Shown: positions 45,864 through 56,333, counted from the stretch's first letter. The stretch is DNA of 64,000 bases from Flavobacterium sp. (GCA_042091515.1 JBELHH010000002.1:62450-126449), one strand, 5' to 3'. Numbers and translations are program-made. Notes: generated from the letters alone by a model not told the origin.

Positions 45864-47387
45864 ATGGCAATTTCGTTTGTTAATTCAATTATCTCATGGT
45901 TTCTCAAAAAGAGAAAACATCAAATGGAGTTGTTTATTAAATATCCAATCGATGTTCAAGAAGAATTATTACTGCGGTTAATTCAATTTGCTAAAAATAC
46001 AGCATTTGGCAAGCAATATGATTTTAATACAATTAAAACCTATCAAGATTATGCCAACAGGGTTCCCATCCAACAATACGAAAGTATGGAACCTTTAATA
46101 GAACGATGTAGAAAAGGAGAACAAAACTTATTTTGGCCAACGAAGATTAAATGGTTTGCTAAATCTAGCGGAACCACCAACTCAAAAAGTAAATTTATTC
46201 CTGTTAGTGACGAGGCAATTGAAAATTGTCATCTGAAGGCAGGAAAAGATATGTTATGCCTTTATATTAATAATAATGAAGAAACAGAATTATTTAAAGG
46301 GAAAGGATTACGTCTTGGTGGAAGTTCTGCGATTTACGAAGATAACAACTCTTATTTTGGAGATTTATCTGCCATTATTATTGAAAATATGCCCTTTTGG
46401 GCAGATTTTAGCTCAGCGCCTAGTCAAGAAGTAGCCTTAATGAGCGAATGGGAAACAAAGATGGAAGCAATTATTAATGAAACTATTGATCAAAATGTAA
46501 CGAGCCTTGTTGGAGTTCCCTCTTGGATGTTGGTTTTATTAAATAAAGTAATTGAGAAAACAGGTAAAAAAAATATTTTAGAGGTATGGCCAAATTTAGA
46601 AGTCTATTTTCATGGAGGTGTTAACTTTAACCCCTACCGAGAACAATATAAAAAACTCATCCCTAAGAAAGATTTTAAATATTATGAAACCTATAATGCC
46701 TCTGAAGGGTTCTTTGCACTTCAAGACATTAATGGCTCTTTAGATTTATTATTGATGTTAGACTATGGGATTTTTTATGAATTTATTCCTATGAGTGAAT
46801 ATGATGGAGAAAACTCTAATGCGATTCCCTTATCGGAGGTTAAAAAAGGAGCCCAATATGCCGTTGTTATTTCAACCAATGGAGGCTTGTGGAGATATTT
46901 AATTGGAGATACCGTAAAATTTACCTCAACAAACCCATATCGAGTAAGAATTACAGGCAGAACCAAGCATCATATTAATGTCTTTGGAGAAGAACTGATT
47001 ATTGAGAATGCTGAGGAAGCGCTTAGACTAGCCTGTGAAAAAACAAAAGCAACAATCACGGATTATAGTGTTGGACCGATATTTATGGATGGCAATAACC
47101 AAGGCAGTCACGAATGGGTTATTGAGTTTGCGAAACCTCCAAAGAATCTAGAATATTTTACAGAATTATTAGACAACGCAATAAAATCTATGAACTCAGA
47201 TTATGAAGCCAAGCGGTATAATAATATGACCCTAACAATGCCGGTAATTCACAGTGTAAGAAAAGGCCTATTTTATTCATGGCTAAAGAAAAAAGGGAAA
47301 CTTGGTGGACAGCACAAAGTGCCAAGACTTTCTAATCGACGAAACTTTATAGAAGAGCTGCTTCAAGTATCAATTGATAATTCATAG
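45864..47387 (+). CDS. GH3-family (acyl-acid amido synthetase-like, ANL superfamily) protein
   Basis: 507 aa with the adenylation motif FAKSSGTTNSKSKFIP and a YETYNASEG motif. Confidence 0.8.
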   Translation: MAISFVNSIISWFLKKRKHQMELFIKYPIDVQEELLLRLIQFAKNTAFGKQYDFNTIKTYQDYANRVPIQQYESMEPLIERCRKGEQNLFWPTKIKWFAKSSGTTNSKSKFIPVSDEAIENCHLKAGKDMLCLYINNNEETELFKGKGLRLGGSSAIYEDNNSYFGDLSAIIIENMPFWADFSSAPSQEVALMSEWETKMEAIINETIDQNVTSLVGVPSWMLVLLNKVIEKTGKKNILEVWPNLEVYFHGGVNFNPYREQYKKLIPKKDFKYYETYNASEGFFALQDINGSLDLLLMLDYGIFYEFIPMSEYDGENSNAIPLSEVKKGAQYAVVISTNGGLWRYLIGDTVKFTSTNPYRVRITGRTKHHINVFGEELIIENAEEALRLACEKTKATITDYSVGPIFMDGNNQGSHEWVIEFAKPPKNLEYFTELLDNAIKSMNSDYEAKRYNNMTLTMPVIHSVRKGLFYSWLKKKGKLGGQHKVPRLSNRRNFIEELLQVSIDNS

Positions 47388-47395
47388 AGAGAACG

Positions 47396-48373
47396 CTAAA
47401 TCTTTCTGTCTACCACATAATCAATCATATTGATTAAAGACGTTTTATAAACAGAATCTTGGAAGTTCTCTAAAATTGCCAGCGCTTTCGATTTATAGTC
47501 TTGCATTTTTTTAGTAGTATATTCAATACCCCCACTTTTTTTAACAAAAGCAATTACTTCTTTCACCCGCTTTTTATCTTTATTGTGTTTCTTGACAGAA
47601 TTTATAATCCAAGCTTTTTCTTTCGGAGTACAAGTGTTCAAAGTATAAATTAATGGCAATGTCATCTTCTGTTCTTTGATGTCTATGCCCGTTGGTTTTC
47701 CTATTTTTTGTTCAGAATAATCAAACAAATCGTCTTTTATTTGAAATGCCATTCCAATATACTGACCAAATTTTCTCATCTGTCTTATTATTTCTTGATT
47801 GGCCCCTACTGATGCTGCTCCTATCCCACAACAGGCAGCAATTAAAGAGGCTGTTTTTTGACGGATTATTTCATAATAAACATCTTCTGTGATATTTAAC
47901 TTTCTAGCCTTTTCTATTTGTAGCAATTCCCCTTCGCTCATTTCTCGAACAGCATTAGAGATCAGTTTTAACAAATCGAAATCTTCATTATCAATTGACA
48001 ACAACAATCCTTTAGATAATAGATAGTCACCCACCAAAACAGCAATTTTATTTTTCCATAATGCATTGATAGAAAAGAAACCTCTTCTTCGATTGCTATC
48101 GTCTACAATATCGTCATGAACAAGCGTAGCAGTATGAATTAATTCTACAATAGAGGCACCACGGTATGTTCGTAAATCAAAACCTCCATTAGAGACCATT
48201 TTAGCCACTAGAAAAACAAACATAGGTCTCATTTGTTTTCCTTTTCTCCGAACAATATAATAGGTGATTCTGTTGAGTAACGGAACTTTAGATATCATAG
48301 AATCTTTGAATTTTTCTTCAAAGAGTTCCATCTCTTTTTGAATGGGGTATTTTATGTCCTCAACAATCTTCAT
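47396..48373 (-). CDS. Long-chain polyprenyl diphosphate synthase
   Basis: First Asp-rich motif LVHDDIVDDSNRRRG and second motif FQIKDDLFD. Confidence 0.9.
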   Translation of the reverse strand: MKIVEDIKYPIQKEMELFEEKFKDSMISKVPLLNRITYYIVRRKGKQMRPMFVFLVAKMVSNGGFDLRTYRGASIVELIHTATLVHDDIVDDSNRRRGFFSINALWKNKIAVLVGDYLLSKGLLLSIDNEDFDLLKLISNAVREMSEGELLQIEKARKLNITEDVYYEIIRQKTASLIAACCGIGAASVGANQEIIRQMRKFGQYIGMAFQIKDDLFDYSEQKIGKPTGIDIKEQKMTLPLIYTLNTCTPKEKAWIINSVKKHNKDKKRVKEVIAFVKKSGGIEYTTKKMQDYKSKALAILENFQDSVYKTSLINMIDYVVDRKI

Positions 48374-48413
48374 GAATACAACAAATTTACAAAATATATC
48401 TGGTAACGAAGTC

Positions 48414-49454
48414 TTATGATTTATTGGCTAATTGACCACAAGCAGCGTCAATATCTTTTCCTCTAGAACGACGAACATTTACAGTAATATTATGCATTTC
48501 TAGGCTTGAAATATACATCTGGATTGCTTTTGAACTTGCTTGTTGAAATGCATCGTCATCAATGGGGTTGTATTCTATTAAATTCACTTTACAAGGAATG
48601 TGATTACAAAAAGAAATTAATGCATTAACATCGTCTCTTTTATCATTGATTCCGTTCCAAACAACATATTCATAGGTTACATGACGATTTGTTTTTTCAT
48701 ACCAATAGATTAATGATTCTGCTAAATCTTTTAACGGGAAATTTTCATTAAAAGGCATGATGGTGGTTCGTACTTCATCAATTGCTGAATGCAAAGAAAC
48801 AGCTAGGTTAAACTTGACTCCATCGTCCGCCATTTTTTTTATCATTTTTGGGACTCCAGAAGTCGATACAGTGATTCTTTTGGATGACATTCCCAGTCCT
48901 TCTGGCGATGTAATTTTATCAATTGATTTCATTACATTGGTATAGTTCATCAAGGGTTCTCCCATTCCCATAAAAACAATATTAGATAATTTGTGATTAT
49001 GGTATAACTGACTTTGTTTATCGATGGCAACTACTTGGTCGTAAATTTCGTCGGGATGTAAGTTTCGCATTCTTTTTAGTCGAGAGGTCGCACAAAAACG
49101 ACAATCTAAACTACACCCTACTTGACTTGAAACACAGGCTGTTGTTCTTTTTTCTGTAGGAATTAAAACAGATTCTACAATAAATCCATCATGCAACCGG
49201 ATTCCATTTTTAATTGTCCCATCATTACTGCGCTGCATAGAGTCTACCTTAATGTGATTAATCACAAAATTAGCCTCCAACATATCACGAGTTTCCTTAG
49301 AAATATTGGTCATCTCACTAAATGTATGTAATGATTTGTTCCAGAGCCATTCATAGACTTGATTCCCACGAAACGCTTTATCTCCGTTCGTTACAAAAAA
49401 CTCCCTTAGTTGTTCTTTAGATAAGGCGCGTATGTCTTTCTTTTTGGGCTTCAT
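48414..49454 (-). CDS. rlmN: 23S rRNA/tRNA (adenine-C2)-methyltransferase RlmN (radical SAM)
   Basis: Motifs CSLDCRFCAT and GMGEPL. The start is set at MKPKKKDIRAL (ATG at 49454). The track extension to 49511 consists largely of the U-tract (49501-49513) of the hairpin called as the queA terminator. Confidence 0.9.
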   Translation of the reverse strand: MKPKKKDIRALSKEQLREFFVTNGDKAFRGNQVYEWLWNKSLHTFSEMTNISKETRDMLEANFVINHIKVDSMQRSNDGTIKNGIRLHDGFIVESVLIPTEKRTTACVSSQVGCSLDCRFCATSRLKRMRNLHPDEIYDQVVAIDKQSQLYHNHKLSNIVFMGMGEPLMNYTNVMKSIDKITSPEGLGMSSKRITVSTSGVPKMIKKMADDGVKFNLAVSLHSAIDEVRTTIMPFNENFPLKDLAESLIYWYEKTNRHVTYEYVVWNGINDKRDDVNALISFCNHIPCKVNLIEYNPIDDDAFQQASSKAIQMYISSLEMHNITVNVRRSRGKDIDAACGQLANKS

Positions 49455-49500
49455 TGGTGGTGCTTGTGTGTATTTATGTCTAGTAACTTGTATTGAGGTA

Positions 49501-49534
49501 CAAAAATACAAAACCTCATAGAATGACTATGAGG
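49501..49534 (-). terminator. Rho-independent terminator downstream of queA
   Basis: 7-bp stem CCTCATA/TATGAGG (49514-49520 and 49528-49534) with a 7-nt loop, followed on the minus strand by TTTTGTATTTTTG. Confidence 0.5.
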
Positions 49535-49560
49535 CTTCTTAATATCTCTTTTTAGTATCA

Positions 49561-50610
49561 TTAAATGATTAACATCGCATCTCCATAGGTATGGAATTTA
49601 TACCCTTCCTTTACAGCTACTTTATAGGCTTCCATTAAAAAATCGTACCCAGCAAATGCTGCGGCCATCATCATTAATGTAGATTTTGGCGAATGGAAAT
49701 TGGTAATCATAGAGTTTGCAATACTAAATTCATAGGGTGGAAAAATAAATTTATTTGTCCAACCCTTATAGTTGTTTAATCTTGCACTTGCAGATACAGA
49801 AGATTCTACCGTTCTCATTACAGTAGTTCCTACGGCACAAATTCTTCTTTTATTTTCGATCGCATCATTAACAAGATTTGCACTCGCAGGTGGAATAATA
49901 ATTTGCTCAGAATCGGTTTTGTGTTTTGATAAATCTTCTACTTCTACTGGGCTAAATGTTCCGAGGCCTACATGCAGTGTCATTTCTGCAAAATCTACTC
50001 CTTTAATTTCTAATCGTTTCAATAAATGCTTAGAAAAATGCAGTCCAGCAGTAGGAGCTGCAACAGCACCTTCATTCTTAGCAAAAATTGTTTGATAACG
50101 CTCTTCATCAGAAGTCTCTACCTCTCTTTTAATATGCTTTGGTAATGGAGTTTGTCCAAGCTCTAATAATTTGGCTCTAAAATTTTCATATTCACCATCA
50201 AACAAAAAACGAAGAGTTCGTCCTCTAGAAGTGGTATTATCAATTACCTCTGCAACCAAACTATCATCTTCTCCAAAAAATAATTTATTTCCTATTCTAA
50301 TTTTTCTTGCAGGATCTACTAAAACATCCCATAATCTATTTTCGGCATTTAGTTCTCTTAACAAAAATACTTCTATCCTAGCCCCTGTTTTTTCTTTATT
50401 TCCAAACATTCTTGCCGGAAAAACTTTTGTATTATTTAACATCAAAACATCCCCTTCATCAAAATAATCGATCACATCTTTAAACATCTTGTGTTCTATT
50501 GTTTGCTCTTTCCGGTTCAATACCATTAGACGAGACTCGTCTCTATGCTCCGCCGGATACTCTGCTAATAATTCTTCTGGAAGTTCAAAATTAAAATTCG
50601 ATAATTTCAT
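49561..50610 (-). CDS. queA: S-adenosylmethionine:tRNA ribosyltransferase-isomerase
   Basis: N-terminus [19 protein letters not shown], plus APTAGLHF and GTT..R motifs. Confidence 0.95.
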   Translation of the reverse strand: MKLSNFNFELPEELLAEYPAEHRDESRLMVLNRKEQTIEHKMFKDVIDYFDEGDVLMLNNTKVFPARMFGNKEKTGARIEVFLLRELNAENRLWDVLVDPARKIRIGNKLFFGEDDSLVAEVIDNTTSRGRTLRFLFDGEYENFRAKLLELGQTPLPKHIKREVETSDEERYQTIFAKNEGAVAAPTAGLHFSKHLLKRLEIKGVDFAEMTLHVGLGTFSPVEVEDLSKHKTDSEQIIIPPASANLVNDAIENKRRICAVGTTVMRTVESSVSASARLNNYKGWTNKFIFPPYEFSIANSMITNFHSPKSTLMMMAAAFAGYDFLMEAYKVAVKEGYKFHTYGDAMLII

Positions 50611-50774
50611 ATGTTAATTTTATGATGTTGATTTTATGAGAATGGCGGCAAATATACGACCTGTGAATAGGCGTTGTCAAGTGTTTAACGAATTAATTTA
50701 TTTATTTAGACAAGATTCCCTTAAAAGACACGCGTTTGATTTAATAATATTACGCCAAAAAAGGGTTGGGATCG

Positions 50775-51998
50775 CTACACCAGCTGGAATCCAACTAGAC
50801 GAAGATCTTCCCAAAAATTACGATACGATTTGGTCACTACATCAGCCTCTAAAATCTTTATCGGAACTCTCATCCCTAGCGGAGCAAATGCCATGGCCAT
50901 TCGATGGTCATTATAGGTTTCTATAGAAATATTTGGCTTTATATTGGCATTGCTTTTCAATGCTAAACTTTCATTTGTGACAGAAATATCTGCACCTAAC
51001 TTTGTTAACTCTGTGTGTAGTGCTTCTAGCCGATCTGTCTCTTTAATTTTTAAGGTATGTAAGCCAGATAGCTCACAAGAAACCCCCAACCCAGCACATG
51101 TAACAGCAATTGTTTGAGCAATATCTGGTGCTTTGTTTAAATCTAAGCAAAGCGGTTTGCTCTTATGTTGGGTAATTTTTTTAAGTAAAATTGTGGTGTC
51201 TTCAAAAATTGTTTTAACACCAAAATGCTCATAAATAGTTGACAAAATAGAATCTCCTTGTAAGCTTTCTTTTTTGTAGGAAGACAATCTAATTTCTGAT
51301 CCGAGTTCACTAAAAGCAATAATCGAATAAAAATACGATGCAGAACTCCAATCAGATTCTACCACTAAAGTCTTTTTGGATTCGTCTTTGTATGATTTTA
51401 CTTGAATTCTATCCCCTTCAAAAAGGGTCTCTATTCCTACCCTATTTAATAAAGATAAGGTCATTTTTATATAAGGTATAGATGTAATTTCCCCTACTAG
51501 TCCTAAGGTGAGTCCCTCCGGTAAACTAGGAGCAATTAATAATAAGGCAGAAATATACTGACTACTAATATTTCCATCAATTTGCACCTCCTTTTTAGTT
51601 AATTTTTTTCCTATAATCTTTAATGGAGGATATCCTTCTTTTGCTACATAGGAAATATCAGCACCTAAATCTCTCAATGCCTCTACTAGAATTTGTATCG
51701 GTCGATTATGCATTCTTTCTGAACCAGATAAAACAACCGTTCTATTCTCTTTTGCAGCAAAAAAAGCAGTTAAAAATCGCATGGCCGTTCCCGCATGGCC
51801 AATATTTAGATCAGAATCTTCCGAAGTTAAAGCAAGTTGTAAGTGATGTGTGTCATCAGAATCTGATAGGTTGCTTATGGTTGTTCCAGAGAATAACTGC
51901 TGTAAAATCAATAATCGATTTGATTCACTCTTTGAGCCAGAGATAAAAACATTTTTTGTAATTAATTGTTTTTCAATACCTTTAACATACATATTCAT
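50775..51998 (-). CDS. aroA: 3-phosphoshikimate 1-carboxyvinyltransferase
   Basis: Motifs GSKSESNR, GHAGTAMRF and SERMHNRP. Confidence 0.9.
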   Translation of the reverse strand: MNMYVKGIEKQLITKNVFISGSKSESNRLLILQQLFSGTTISNLSDSDDTHHLQLALTSEDSDLNIGHAGTAMRFLTAFFAAKENRTVVLSGSERMHNRPIQILVEALRDLGADISYVAKEGYPPLKIIGKKLTKKEVQIDGNISSQYISALLLIAPSLPEGLTLGLVGEITSIPYIKMTLSLLNRVGIETLFEGDRIQVKSYKDESKKTLVVESDWSSASYFYSIIAFSELGSEIRLSSYKKESLQGDSILSTIYEHFGVKTIFEDTTILLKKITQHKSKPLCLDLNKAPDIAQTIAVTCAGLGVSCELSGLHTLKIKETDRLEALHTELTKLGADISVTNESLALKSNANIKPNISIETYNDHRMAMAFAPLGMRVPIKILEADVVTKSYRNFWEDLRLVGFQLV

Positions 51999-52054
51999 AA
52001 ATTATTATCTCTAATTTTAAATCACTAAATTTAGGCTCCAAAAACAAACCAACC

Positions 52055-55000
52055 ATGAAAAAAATATTTTTTATCCTTCTTTGTGTTATTATTTCTGAAA
52101 ACTACAAAGTTAACGCTCAAAAAACTTCTACCAAATATTCTGAAGATTATTATAAAGCCACCAAATGGCGAAATATTGGTCCACATAGAGGTGGAAGAAG
52201 TGCCGCTGTGACAGGCGTTGCTGGAAAGGCAAATTTATTTTATTTCGGTGCTACCGGTGGGGGTGTTTGGAGAACTACAGATGCCGGAAACAGTTGGGAG
52301 AATATTTCCGATGGTTTCTTTGGAGGATCTGTAGGCTCTGTGGCTGTTAGCGAATGGGACAATAATGTTATTTATGTAGGAAATGGAGAGAAAACAGTTC
52401 GTGGAAATGTCTCTTCAGGCGATGGGATTTGGAAGTCTGTAGATGCTGGTAAAACATGGAAACAGATGGGCTTAAAAAATGCTCGACATATTCCTAGAGT
52501 TCGTATCCATCCCAAAAACCCATCGATTGTTTATGCAGGAGTAATGGGAGATCTGTATAAATCTTCGGAGGATCGAGGTGTCTATAAATCGACAGATGGT
52601 GGAATTACATGGAATAAGAAATTATTTGCAAATAAAGATGCTGGTGTTGTTGATCTAATTATAGACCCTAACAATTCTAGAGTTTTATATGCTACCACTT
52701 GGAATGTTAGAAGAACACCGTATAGCTTGTCTAGTGGTGGAGACGGTTCTGCTCTCTGGAAAAGTACCGATGAAGGAGAAACATGGACTAATATTTCTTC
52801 CAATAAAGGATTACCAACAGGTCTCTGGGGCATCAGTGGTGTTACGGTTTCTCCTGTAAATTCTGATATTGTTTGGGCATTAATTGAAAATGAAAAAGGA
52901 GGTGTTTACAAATCTACAGATGCTGGTAAGACGTGGAAATTAATTAATAATGAGCGTAAATTACGTCAACGTGCTTGGTATTATACCAGACTATATGCAG
53001 ATACACAAGATGAAAATATTCTTTATGTATTAAATGTTCGATATCACAAGTCTACCGACGGTGGAAAAACCTATAAAACGTTTAATGCACCCCATGGTGA
53101 CCACCATGATTTATGGATTGCTCCAGAAGACAATCAACGAATGATTATTGGAGATGATGGTGGAGCACAGGTTTCTTTTGATGCTGGAGAAAATTGGTCT
53201 ACCTATATGAACCAACCTACTTCTCAATTTTATAGAGTGACTACCGATAATCATTTTCCGTACAGAATCTATGGGGCACAACAAGATAATTCTACTGTGA
53301 GAATTGCCCATAGAACTCAAGGAAGATTTATTGGTGAATCTGATTGGGAATCTACCGCTGGAGGAGAAAGCGCTCATATTGCGATCGACCCAACCGATAA
53401 CGATATTGTTTATGGAGGGAGTTACGGAGGATTGCTAACCAGAAAAAATCACAAAACAGGAGAAACTAGAGCAATTAATGTATGGCCAGATGACCCGATG
53501 GGTCATGGAGCAGAAGATTTTAAATATCGTTTTCAATGGAATTTTCCCATTATGTTCTCGCCAAATCAAAAAAATAAATTATATGCTGCCTCCAATCATT
53601 TGCATATGACTACCAACGAAGGTCAGTCTTGGGAAATTATCAGTCCAGATTTAACAAGAAATGATCCAACAACACTAGGACCCTCCGGCGGACCCATTAC
53701 CAAAGACAATACTGGAGTAGAATATTATGCCACTATTTTTGCGGTGAGTGAGTCTAAAGAAGAAAATGGTGTCATCTGGACAGGCTCGGATGACGGGCTT
53801 GTGCATGTCACTAGAGATGGAGGTAAAAACTGGACCAATGTAACGCCTAAAAAAATGCCTGAATGGATGATGATCAATTGTATTGAAGTGGATCCTTTTA
53901 CAAAAGGGGGTGCCTATATTGTTGGAACAAAGTATAAAACGGGAGACTATCTTCCTTATATCTACAAAACAGAAAACTACGGTGCTACTTGGAAAAAAAT
54001 TACCAACGGCATTGGTAATGAAGACTTTACTCGTGCGTTGAGAGCCGACCCTAAGCGTAAAGGATTATTGTATGCTGGCACCGAGAGAGGCATGTATATT
54101 TCTTTTAATGACGGAGTAGATTGGCAGACGTTTCAATTAAATTTACCCATCGTTCCTATTACAGACTTAGCCATTAAAAACAATAACTTGATTGCGGCAA
54201 CTCAAGGAAGGTCTTTTTGGATGATTGATGACCTAACCCCTATTCATCAACTTACAAAAAGCCTCATGAAAGAAAAGGTTATTTTATTTAAACCTCAAGA
54301 CAGTTACAGAATGGGGGGTGGTAATGGAAGAACTTCTAAAACAGCCGGTACCAATCATCCCGGTGGTGTGGCCATCAACTATTATATTGAAGGTGATGCC
54401 GCAAATGAAGTGGTTTCTATTAATATCTATGATGAGCAAGATATGCTAATAAAAACCTTTAGTACTAAACCCAACAAAGACAACAAAGAAGCAGCATTAA
54501 ATGTTGAAAAAGGACATAATATTTTTTATTGGGATATGATGTATCCTGGAGCTGAAAAAGTAAAAGGAATGATTCTGTGGTGGGCTTCTTTAAACGGCCC
54601 CATGGCACTCCCTGGAAATTACAAAGTGACTCTAACCGTAGGTGAAACCTCTACATCTCAAGACTTTACCATTTTAAAAAATCCTGTTTCTGAAACCTCT
54701 CTTCAAGATGCAACCGATCAGTTTACCTTTATTATGGATATTAATAAAAAGGTTACTGAAATTCACAAAGCGTTAAAAAATGTAAAAAAAGTAAGAGCAC
54801 AAATAAACTCACTTAAAAAATCTATTAAAGACAAAGACAAGTATCAAGAATTGATTGATTATGCGAATGGTTTGGTGGATGAAATGACTACGATTGAAGA
54901 AACTTTATACCAAACAAAAAGTAGAAGCAACCAAGATCCTTTAAATTTCCCGATTCGTTTAAATAATAAATTAGCGCATTTAAATTCTTTAACCAGAATA

Positions 55001-55162
55001 GGAAGTTATGCCCCTACGAAGCAGGCGATTGATTTTAAAAATGAAATCACTAAAGAAATTGATAAAGAGCTATCGAAACTCTATCTGATCTTTAATAAAA
55101 AGGTAACCACTTTAAATAAAAAGGTACAAGAAAGTCAAATTGACTTTATTCAATTAGACTAG
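52055..55162 (+). CDS. Secreted BNR/Asp-box repeat (sortilin/VPS10-like) protein
   Basis: Signal peptide and at least 10 Asp-box motifs of SxDxGxTW type, including TTDAGNSWE, SVDAGKTWK, STDGGITWN, STDEGETWT and TRDGGKNWT. Confidence 0.8.
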   Translation: MKKIFFILLCVIISENYKVNAQKTSTKYSEDYYKATKWRNIGPHRGGRSAAVTGVAGKANLFYFGATGGGVWRTTDAGNSWENISDGFFGGSVGSVAVSEWDNNVIYVGNGEKTVRGNVSSGDGIWKSVDAGKTWKQMGLKNARHIPRVRIHPKNPSIVYAGVMGDLYKSSEDRGVYKSTDGGITWNKKLFANKDAGVVDLIIDPNNSRVLYATTWNVRRTPYSLSSGGDGSALWKSTDEGETWTNISSNKGLPTGLWGISGVTVSPVNSDIVWALIENEKGGVYKSTDAGKTWKLINNERKLRQRAWYYTRLYADTQDENILYVLNVRYHKSTDGGKTYKTFNAPHGDHHDLWIAPEDNQRMIIGDDGGAQVSFDAGENWSTYMNQPTSQFYRVTTDNHFPYRIYGAQQDNSTVRIAHRTQGRFIGESDWESTAGGESAHIAIDPTDNDIVYGGSYGGLLTRKNHKTGETRAINVWPDDPMGHGAEDFKYRFQWNFPIMFSPNQKNKLYAASNHLHMTTNEGQSWEIISPDLTRNDPTTLGPSGGPITKDNTGVEYYATIFAVSESKEENGVIWTGSDDGLVHVTRDGGKNWTNVTPKKMPEWMMINCIEVDPFTKGGAYIVGTKYKTGDYLPYIYKTENYGATWKKITNGIGNEDFTRALRADPKRKGLLYAGTERGMYISFNDGVDWQTFQLNLPIVPITDLAIKNNNLIAATQGRSFWMIDDLTPIHQLTKSLMKEKVILFKPQDSYRMGGGNGRTSKTAGTNHPGGVAINYYIEGDAANEVVSINIYDEQDMLIKTFSTKPNKDNKEAALNVEKGHNIFYWDMMYPGAEKVKGMILWWASLNGPMALPGNYKVTLTVGETSTSQDFTILKNPVSETSLQDATDQFTFIMDINKKVTEIHKALKNVKKVRAQINSLKKSIKDKDKYQELIDYANGLVDEMTTIEETLYQTKSRSNQDPLNFPIRLNNKLAHLNSLTRIGSYAPTKQAIDFKNEITKEIDKELSKLYLIFNKKVTTLNKKVQESQIDFIQLD

Positions 55163-55164
55163 CA

Positions 55165-55194
55165 TAAAAAAAGCGGCCTTTGGCCGCTTTTTTT
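55165..55194. terminator. Bidirectional rho-independent terminator
   Basis: AAAAAAAGCGGCC-TTT-GGCCGCTTTTTTT. The perfect GC stem lies at 55173-55178 and 55182-55187, is flanked by A and T runs, and sits between convergent genes. Confidence 0.75.
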
Positions 55195-55209
55195 ATATTT
55201 ACGTGCTGT

Positions 55210-55458
55210 TTATTTCATTTTTTTATTGGTCATATAAACGCCATAAACAAAACCAGCAATTAATTTACTTGAAAGAAAACGAATCCATTTTTGATTCTTA
55301 AAATGGCGGTCTGTAATGTCTCCCCAATTCCCAGCAATAAGATCTGAAAAGCTGTTAAAACACAAAGAAATAAGAGTAACAGAGACAAAAAAGATGGCTC
55401 CAATTTTTAAAACGTTTCTCCAAAAAAAAGCTCTTTTAATATTTGAGGATAATGCCAT
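55210..55458 (-). CDS. Small two-TM membrane protein
   Basis: 82 aa with two hydrophobic helices. Its start abuts the mazG-like stop with zero intergenic bases. Confidence 0.45.
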   Translation of the reverse strand: MALSSNIKRAFFWRNVLKIGAIFFVSVTLISLCFNSFSDLIAGNWGDITDRHFKNQKWIRFLSSKLIAGFVYGVYMTNKKMK

Positions 55459-55785
55459 TTATCTTAGTTTTTTATTTTGATGATGCCGGTTGTGGTCGCG
55501 TTGCGTCTTTATGGCTAATTTTTTTTCAAACGCTTCTTGTAAGTTTACTCCTGTTTGATTTGCCAAACAGAAGACAACAAACATTACATCGGCCAATTCT
55601 TCCCCCAATTCTTTTCCTTTGTCAGATTCTTTTTCGGACTGCTCCCCATACCTTCTGGCAATAATTCTTGCTACCTCACCCACTTCTTCGGTAAGCTGAG
55701 CCATATTGGTTAGCTCATTAAAATACCGAACACCATGTTCTAGAATCCAATCGTCTACTTGTTGTTGTGCATTTTGTATGTTCAT
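55459..55785 (-). CDS. MazG-type nucleotide pyrophosphohydrolase (small single-domain)
   Basis: Motifs LTEEVGEVARII and ELGEELADVMFVVFCLAN (EExxE...ExxD). Confidence 0.8.
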   Translation of the reverse strand: MNIQNAQQQVDDWILEHGVRYFNELTNMAQLTEEVGEVARIIARRYGEQSEKESDKGKELGEELADVMFVVFCLANQTGVNLQEAFEKKLAIKTQRDHNRHHQNKKLR

Positions 55786-55948
55786 ATTAAAACAAAGTTT
55801 GTAAGTGGTAAAGTTACAAAGTTTTTATACGACTAAGAATTCCATAAATAATGTTCAAAGGGTTTGTTCTTTTATATGTTTTATAAACTATCTACTCCTT
55901 GGAGGGTGTGCATTATATGTCATAATGATTTTAAATGAGTAAACACAG

Positions 55949-55972
55949 TAAGCATCCATTCAGGACACCACC
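55949..55972 (+). repeat. Copy 1 of a diverged 24-nt direct repeat
   Basis: taagcatccattcaggacaccacc. It matches 56292-56315 at 21 of 24 positions. Confidence 0.6.
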
Positions 55973-56291
55973 TTGTTAGCTATGGTGTTTTTAGTTCAAG
56001 TTTTCAAGTTTCCCTCGATTTCGACACCTAAAAGCAAAAGGTCGGTTTAGTTTTATTTTATTTTTTATTTCGTTTTTTTGCGAGATGATTGCTTGACATT
56101 ACTCACAACTTATATATCAGGGATTTTCGTTTCTTTTTCCATTACCCCAATATTAAGGCAACCTAAAGAATGGTTTGTTAGTTGTTTTTAAAATAGTTGG
56201 GACTTTTGGTAGCATAAAGTTACCATAAAATTTGCTCTTTTTTATAGGTATAAATACCTGTTTTTTAAATATTTGTAGGGTTTAACTCCAA

Positions 56292-56315
56292 TAAGCACCC
56301 ATTTAGGACACGACC
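56292..56315 (+). repeat. Copy 2 of a diverged 24-nt direct repeat
   Basis: taagcacccatttaggacacgacc, located 343 nt downstream of copy 1. Confidence 0.6.
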
Positions 56316-56333
56316 CTTTTTAGTGGATGCAAT

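Noticed and set aside
15289-49511. N-terminal extensions proposed by the ORF track at 15289, 21258, 24492, 25996, 27345, 37434 and 49511.
   Set aside because: The extensions overlap the preceding gene, start at TTG directly upstream of a better-placed ATG, or (for rlmN) consist largely of the queA terminator U-tract. I used the internal ATGs at 15325, 21282, 24498, 26017, 27423, 37467 and 49454 instead.
29572-50467. Track ORFs 29572-29787, 35518-35826, 36705-37064, 39225-39407, 39846-40136, 42603-42791, 43211-43399, 46775-46966, 47692-47892, 48757-48945, 49772-50095 and 50171-50467.
   Set aside because: These are shadow ORFs nested in PNP, the OMP, the FAD oxidoreductase, the MORN protein, the GT2, the GT-C protein, the HAD phosphatase, GH3, the polyprenyl synthase, rlmN and queA. 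The real genes carry clear family motifs and these ORFs do not.
50636-50926. 96-aa plus-strand ORF spanning the queA-aroA intergenic region and the 3' end of aroA.
   Set aside because: Half of it overlaps the aroA C-terminus antisense, it has no recognisable motif, and the intergenic part is more likely to hold the queA promoter and aroA terminator region.
55934-55978. 14-codon mini-ORF MSKHSKHPFRTPPC overlapping repeat copy 1. I also considered that the 24-nt repeats encode a conserved peptide (KHPFRT).
   Set aside because: The second copy has no start codon and has stops just upstream in that frame. With only 3-4 differences between the copies, the ratio of synonymous to non-synonymous changes carries no information in either strand.
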